This document shows positions 59,834 to 64,000 of a DNA stretch of 64,000 nucleotides, in pieces. The DNA comes from a bacterium. Lineage in GTDB: Bacteria > Patescibacteriota > Andersenbacteria > UBA10190. The translations under genes were made by a program, and so were the position numbers. The stretch lies in NCBI GenBank assembly GCA_043811915.1, contig JBDRMS010000001.1, positions 14,499 to 78,498 of the forward strand, read 5' to 3'. The notes beneath the pieces were generated by a model. The model was not told the DNA's origin and did not search any database. It worked only from the letters and a program-made list of their open reading frames with translations. Numbering within the stretch: the first letter of the stretch is position 1; each line of letters begins with the position of its first letter.

Positions 59834-60892
59834 TTATGGCGGCGAGGTAAAGTAGGGAGCGGCAGCTTCTCTGGAAATCAGGCCGGAGTCGATTAGTGAT
59901 TGCAGACTGGCATCGAGCGTTTGCATGCCAAGTTCCGAGCTGGTTTGAATGATACCAAGAATCTGATGAATATTATCTTCGCGAATGGTGGTGCGAATAG
60001 CGGGACTGGCCAGCATGATCTCGACCGCGGGCACCCGACCACTCTCCTTTTGAGGCAGCAGACGCTGGGAAATAACGCCGGACAGGGCTGCAGACAGTTG
60101 AGAGCGAATTTGTGACTGTTGACCGGCCGGGAACGAGTCAATAATGCGTTCCACGGTTTGGGCAGCATCGTTAGTGTGCAGGGTCGAAAAAACCAGGTGC
60201 CCGGTTTCGGCTAGGGTCATAGCGGCAGACATGGATTCAGGCTCGCGCAGCTCGCCAATTAAAATGATGTTGGGGTCCTGGCGCAAAGTGGATTTTATGG
60301 CTTCAAGAAAAGAAGGAGCGTCGCGTCCGATCTCCCGCTGATCAATAATAGACATGCTGTCTTTGAACTGATATTCAATCGGGTCTTCGATAGTAATGAT
60401 GTGTTCGCGGCGATATTGATTGATGTGATTTATCAGGGCAGCCAGAGTGGTTGATTTACCGTGACCGGCCGGGCCGACAGCTAAAACAAATCCCTGCTTT
60501 AGTTCAGCAAATTGCAAAATGTGGGCGGGAAGATTGAGCTCCTCGATGCTGCGAATATTGCTGGGTATCAGCCGCAGGGCGGCGGACAGTCCGCCGGTGC
60601 GGAAAAAAACATTGATTCGAAAGCGAGCACCATCGGGCAGAGAGTAAGAAAAGTCTGTTTGCTGCTTTTGAGATAATTGCCGATCGGCTCGCTCGTTGGC
60701 GCCAATCAGCTTTTTGATCATGTCCTGGGTTTCTACCTCCGTAAGTAGCTGTTCGCCGACGGGCCCGAGCTTTCCGTCGATGCGGAAAAACGGCGGCCGG
60801 TCAGGCGAAATGTGCACATCAGAAGCACCAGCTTCTTTAGCTTCCCGCAACAGGTCGTCTATCCGGCGATGAGGGGCGGCTTCCTTTGGCAT
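59834..60892 (-). CDS. pilT: Type IV pilus retraction ATPase PilT
   Basis: ASDVH, GPAGHGKSTT, EDPIE, LRQDPNIILIGELR, GHLVFSTLHT. Confidence 0.93.
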   Translation of the reverse strand: MPKEAAPHRRIDDLLREAKEAGASDVHISPDRPPFFRIDGKLGPVGEQLLTEVETQDMIKKLIGANERADRQLSQKQQTDFSYSLPDGARFRINVFFRTGGLSAALRLIPSNIRSIEELNLPAHILQFAELKQGFVLAVGPAGHGKSTTLAALINHINQYRREHIITIEDPIEYQFKDSMSIIDQREIGRDAPSFLEAIKSTLRQDPNIILIGELREPESMSAAMTLAETGHLVFSTLHTNDAAQTVERIIDSFPAGQQSQIRSQLSAALSGVISQRLLPQKESGRVPAVEIMLASPAIRTTIREDNIHQILGIIQTSSELGMQTLDASLQSLIDSGLISREAAAPYFTSPP

Positions 60893-61293
60893 TATTTCCT
60901 GTTTTTGGCGGCAAGTACTTTGGCTATCTTGTCGACCACTTCGGTAGGAGTGTAATGAGCTTTAATTATGTAATCGTCGGCGCCTAGTTGTATGCCACGC
61001 TCTACATCCGGTTTTTGGCCAAGATTAGTGAGAAGGATGACGGGGATGTTTTTAGTGCGATCGCTGGAGCGCAAATTCTCAAGGATTTCAAAACCGTCGC
61101 GTTTGGGCAAAACAATGTCTAATAGAACAAGGTCTGGTAGAGGATCCTGCTCCAGACGCTGGCCGGCAGTCTCGCCATTATCGATGACCTCAACGGCATA
61201 ACCAAGATTGGTTAACTTTGTCTCATACATGCCGGAGATGAAAGAGTCGTCTTCGACCAAAAGGATGGAGATATTCTTTTTGTCTTCTGTCAT
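60892..61293 (-). CDS. Single-domain response regulator
   Basis: LLVEDD, LLDIVLP, LTNL, GADDYIIK. Confidence 0.92.
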   Translation of the reverse strand: MTEDKKNISILLVEDDSFISGMYETKLTNLGYAVEVIDNGETAGQRLEQDPLPDLVLLDIVLPKRDGFEILENLRSSDRTKNIPVILLTNLGQKPDVERGIQLGADDYIIKAHYTPTEVVDKIAKVLAAKNRK

Positions 61294-61315
61294 GTGTTTA
61301 TATTAGCATATATTG

Positions 61316-63037
61316 TCAGGAGGTGGCACTGATTACGTCCCGATAGCTAACCAGGCCAGCCAGGGCTTTGAGTAGGCCGTCCTGGCGCAGAGAAAGGTGG
61401 CCTTTGCGGCGAATAAGAGGTACGAGACTGGCACAGTCGTCTTTGTTGGCAATGGCGGTGCGCAGTTCCTGGAAAACAGGGACTACTTCGAAGAGGCCAA
61501 TTTGCCCTTGAGTTTTGCGCTCGTGGCAGGCGGGACAGCCGGCACTGCTGGAAAAGGAAAGTTTACGGGGCAGGCGAAGTTCATCGCGAGTGGCTTTGGA
61601 GATATTTTTTAGTTCGGCCTGAATTTCCAGCTTTAACTCGCGGGGAATAGGCTCGGGGAGAGCACATGCCTGGCATAGTTTAGGTACCAGGCGTTGGGCA
61701 ACCAGCAAACGCAGGCTGGAGGCAACAAGATGGGAGCCAAGGTCAAGATTAATCAAGTGTGAAATAGTGCTAATAGCATCGGAAGCGTGGCAGGTGGAAA
61801 GAATAAGGTGGTTGGCCGCGGCCTTAACGACCAGCCCCGCAGTGGCACTGTCAAAAAGTTTACTAACCATGATGATGTCGATATCTTGTTGTAATAAGTT
61901 TTGCAGAACCACGGTTGCAGTTAACCCCTGTGCTGACTGGAGTTGAGTTTGATTAATGCCTGATATCTCGTATTCGACAGGGTCTTCAAGAGTGGCGATG
62001 TTGACGTCGGACTTGTTGAGAAGAGACAGAGCGGTAAATAAGAAGGTTGCTTTACCGGAGCCGGCCGGACCGGCAACAATAATCAAGCCATCGCGAGCTG
62101 ATAAATGTTTTTTGACCAGATCCAGTTGTGTATTGGAAAGACCCAGTTCGCTTAGAGTAGGGGCTGGTTTGGAGATATCGATAAGGCGCAGGGTGACTCT
62201 TTCCCCGGCTACGGTGGGCATAAAAGAGGCGTGGATACTGTATGATTGACCGTCGATGGGTAGAACAAAGCGTCCTTGTTGAGGCAGGTTAGATTGACTG
62301 ACGCGGACGTTGGACAAAATTTTAATGCGGGAAGTAATAGCAGGCAGCGACTCCATAGGCAGCAACAAGGTAGTGGAGAGTTGATGATCAATACGGTAGC
62401 GAACACGAAATTCTTTGTTGCCGGGCTCAATGTGAACGTCGGAGGCTAGGCCCTCTATGGCCAAACGGATGATGACGGCCACAATTTTGTTGATAGGGGC
62501 GCTGACCAGGACATCGTGAAGCTTGTCTTTGTCTCTGGGTACGTTTTCTGCCCGAAGTACTTCCTGCCCAAAGTCGCGTAAGGTTTGTTTGATGTTGTTT
62601 TGGGATGGCGCTCGCAGTACTGCCTCAATATTTTCCGGTGAAGCGCAGTATAGTTCTGGAATAAGAGAGCGCCTGCTGGCGATAAAGCGTACGGCTTCCA
62701 GGACCTGATAATCATCGGGTGAGGCCATAGCGACTTGTAATTTGCCGTTTTGTTGTCCAAAAGCAACAAACTGGTAAGTAGTGGCCGCACGCTGCGAAAT
62801 ACCACTCATGGCTGTATCGTCGATCTCAACTACTTTAAGGTCAACATAGGGCACACCGAGAAAAGCGGCTTTGAGCTGGGCTAATGGTTCAGGGAAAACA
62901 AGCTTTTCGGCGCGGATTACCTCTTCGAGAGTTTTTTTCTGTTCAATGGCGAGGCGCTGGACGTGTTCAAGCTGGGCGGGCTTGAGTAAGCCATGCTCTA
63001 GCAACAATTCTTCGAAGTTTGGTTTTTGCCGGGACAT
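61316..63037 (-). CDS. PilB/GspE-family ATPase with degenerate Walker motifs
   Basis: ASDVHIEP, GPAGSGKAT, EDPVEY, QQDIDIIMVSKL, CxxC pairs. Confidence 0.88.
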   Translation of the reverse strand: MSRQKPNFEELLLEHGLLKPAQLEHVQRLAIEQKKTLEEVIRAEKLVFPEPLAQLKAAFLGVPYVDLKVVEIDDTAMSGISQRAATTYQFVAFGQQNGKLQVAMASPDDYQVLEAVRFIASRRSLIPELYCASPENIEAVLRAPSQNNIKQTLRDFGQEVLRAENVPRDKDKLHDVLVSAPINKIVAVIIRLAIEGLASDVHIEPGNKEFRVRYRIDHQLSTTLLLPMESLPAITSRIKILSNVRVSQSNLPQQGRFVLPIDGQSYSIHASFMPTVAGERVTLRLIDISKPAPTLSELGLSNTQLDLVKKHLSARDGLIIVAGPAGSGKATFLFTALSLLNKSDVNIATLEDPVEYEISGINQTQLQSAQGLTATVVLQNLLQQDIDIIMVSKLFDSATAGLVVKAAANHLILSTCHASDAISTISHLINLDLGSHLVASSLRLLVAQRLVPKLCQACALPEPIPRELKLEIQAELKNISKATRDELRLPRKLSFSSSAGCPACHERKTQGQIGLFEVVPVFQELRTAIANKDDCASLVPLIRRKGHLSLRQDGLLKALAGLVSYRDVISATS

Positions 63038-63052
63038 ATATTAGCTATTATA

Positions 63053-63901
63053 CTACAGCACGGATAATTTACTGCGAGCTAAACCGACAGCGACGGCTAA
63101 CAGCGGACCCAAATTAACTAACTTCCCTTCCAACCCTTCCTGGAAGGACAAAGATTGCCAGGGGTTGCTGATGGATGGCTGGTGTCCAAATTGTTTTATC
63201 CAGCGGTTTTTAAATGAGGCCAGGTTTATCCCCCCGCCAACCAGTATGGTTTTGGTTACGCGTAAGCCAGCAGCAATATGTTCAACTTCCTGAAAAAGGG
63301 AGTCAATAGATTGAGAGCCACCTGGAATAGTGCTTGAAGAGCAGGGAAAACCATGTTTGATGAGATGCAATGTTGTTTCCTGCCCGCCAATATTGCAAAA
63401 AATGGTGTTTTGTCCGGTATTTATCGTGTGTGTGCGCATAAGCGAAAAAATTTCTGCTTCGGTACCGACCAACTTGAGACCGAGACGTTCGGCCAGGCGG
63501 CGATATTGGGCAATGACTGTCTTGGCGGTGGCGACCAGATAAACACCATCCGGCTGTTTGTACCAGGCGAGCTCGACGTCATCAAGGGACAAAGGTACTA
63601 CCTCGCGGGCTTTGAATTTTACGGCGGCAGCCAGTTCATCCTCCGGCAAATCGGGCAAAGTAAGTTTGACACAAAAAATTGCCTTGTTAGGTAAAGATAT
63701 AATCAGATCATCAGCCGAAGTCTGGGCTGCTTCCAGCATGCGGGAAATGATGGCGCCGGTTTTGATTGATCGGGTCCGTGGAGCGTAGGCATAAGTGGAA
63801 AGCTCGTGTCTTTTACCACGATCAAGAAGCTCGACGAGCTTAATGTTAGTAGTTCCAATATCGAGCCCCAGATAGGCTCGAGGAATTCCAAGGAGAGCCA
63901 T
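63053..63901 (-). CDS. pilM: PilM-like pilus assembly protein (shortened)
   Basis: LGLDIGTTNIKLVEL, NIGG, LVGGG, NPW, AVAVGLA. Confidence 0.85.
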   Translation of the reverse strand: MALLGIPRAYLGLDIGTTNIKLVELLDRGKRHELSTYAYAPRTRSIKTGAIISRMLEAAQTSADDLIISLPNKAIFCVKLTLPDLPEDELAAAVKFKAREVVPLSLDDVELAWYKQPDGVYLVATAKTVIAQYRRLAERLGLKLVGTEAEIFSLMRTHTINTGQNTIFCNIGGQETTLHLIKHGFPCSSSTIPGGSQSIDSLFQEVEHIAAGLRVTKTILVGGGINLASFKNRWIKQFGHQPSISNPWQSLSFQEGLEGKLVNLGPLLAVAVGLARSKLSVL

Positions 63902-64000
63902 ATGATTAAAGTGTTGCCTACTTTATCTTAAGTAGTGTACCATAGAGTTGCTATGGGAATAGTTTGGGTAATATTAGCTGTTGTAGTGGTGATTGCCGCG

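Overview
This window reads as chromosomal DNA of a CPR/Patescibacteria (Parcubacteria-like) bacterium. That is an inference from gene content, compact intergenic regions and typical short repeats. Most of it is housekeeping: ribosomal proteins (rplL, rplJ, rpmG, rpsB, rpmE, rplY, rplA, rplK), tsf, prfA, prmC, tRNA synthetases, gatCAB, dnaE, gyrB, ligA, dcd/dut/tmk, rodA, mltG, a type IV pilus cluster and 7 tRNAs. Highlights: (1) A ~7.95 kb phage-satellite-like element is integrated at the 3' end of tRNA-Tyr (13443-21396). Its large serine recombinase gene contains the attachment site, so excision would swap the enzyme's C-terminus. It also carries a terminase-small-subunit-like gene, a P-loop replication gene, exported cargo proteins and an unassigned multi-hairpin structured RNA. 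(2) A stand-alone bacterial histone-fold gene. (3) An archaeal-type TyrRS next to a C1:G72, short-variable-arm tRNA-Tyr. (4) A palindromic repeat family inserted in frame in prfA and the prepilin peptidase, plus a RAYT-like transposase flanked by 23-bp inverted palindromes. (5) Orphan genes sharing a promoter/boxA-like/SD/terminator layout. (6) Apparently catalytically degenerate PilB and Tmk paralogs. All calls come from reading the sequence by eye; no database searches were run.
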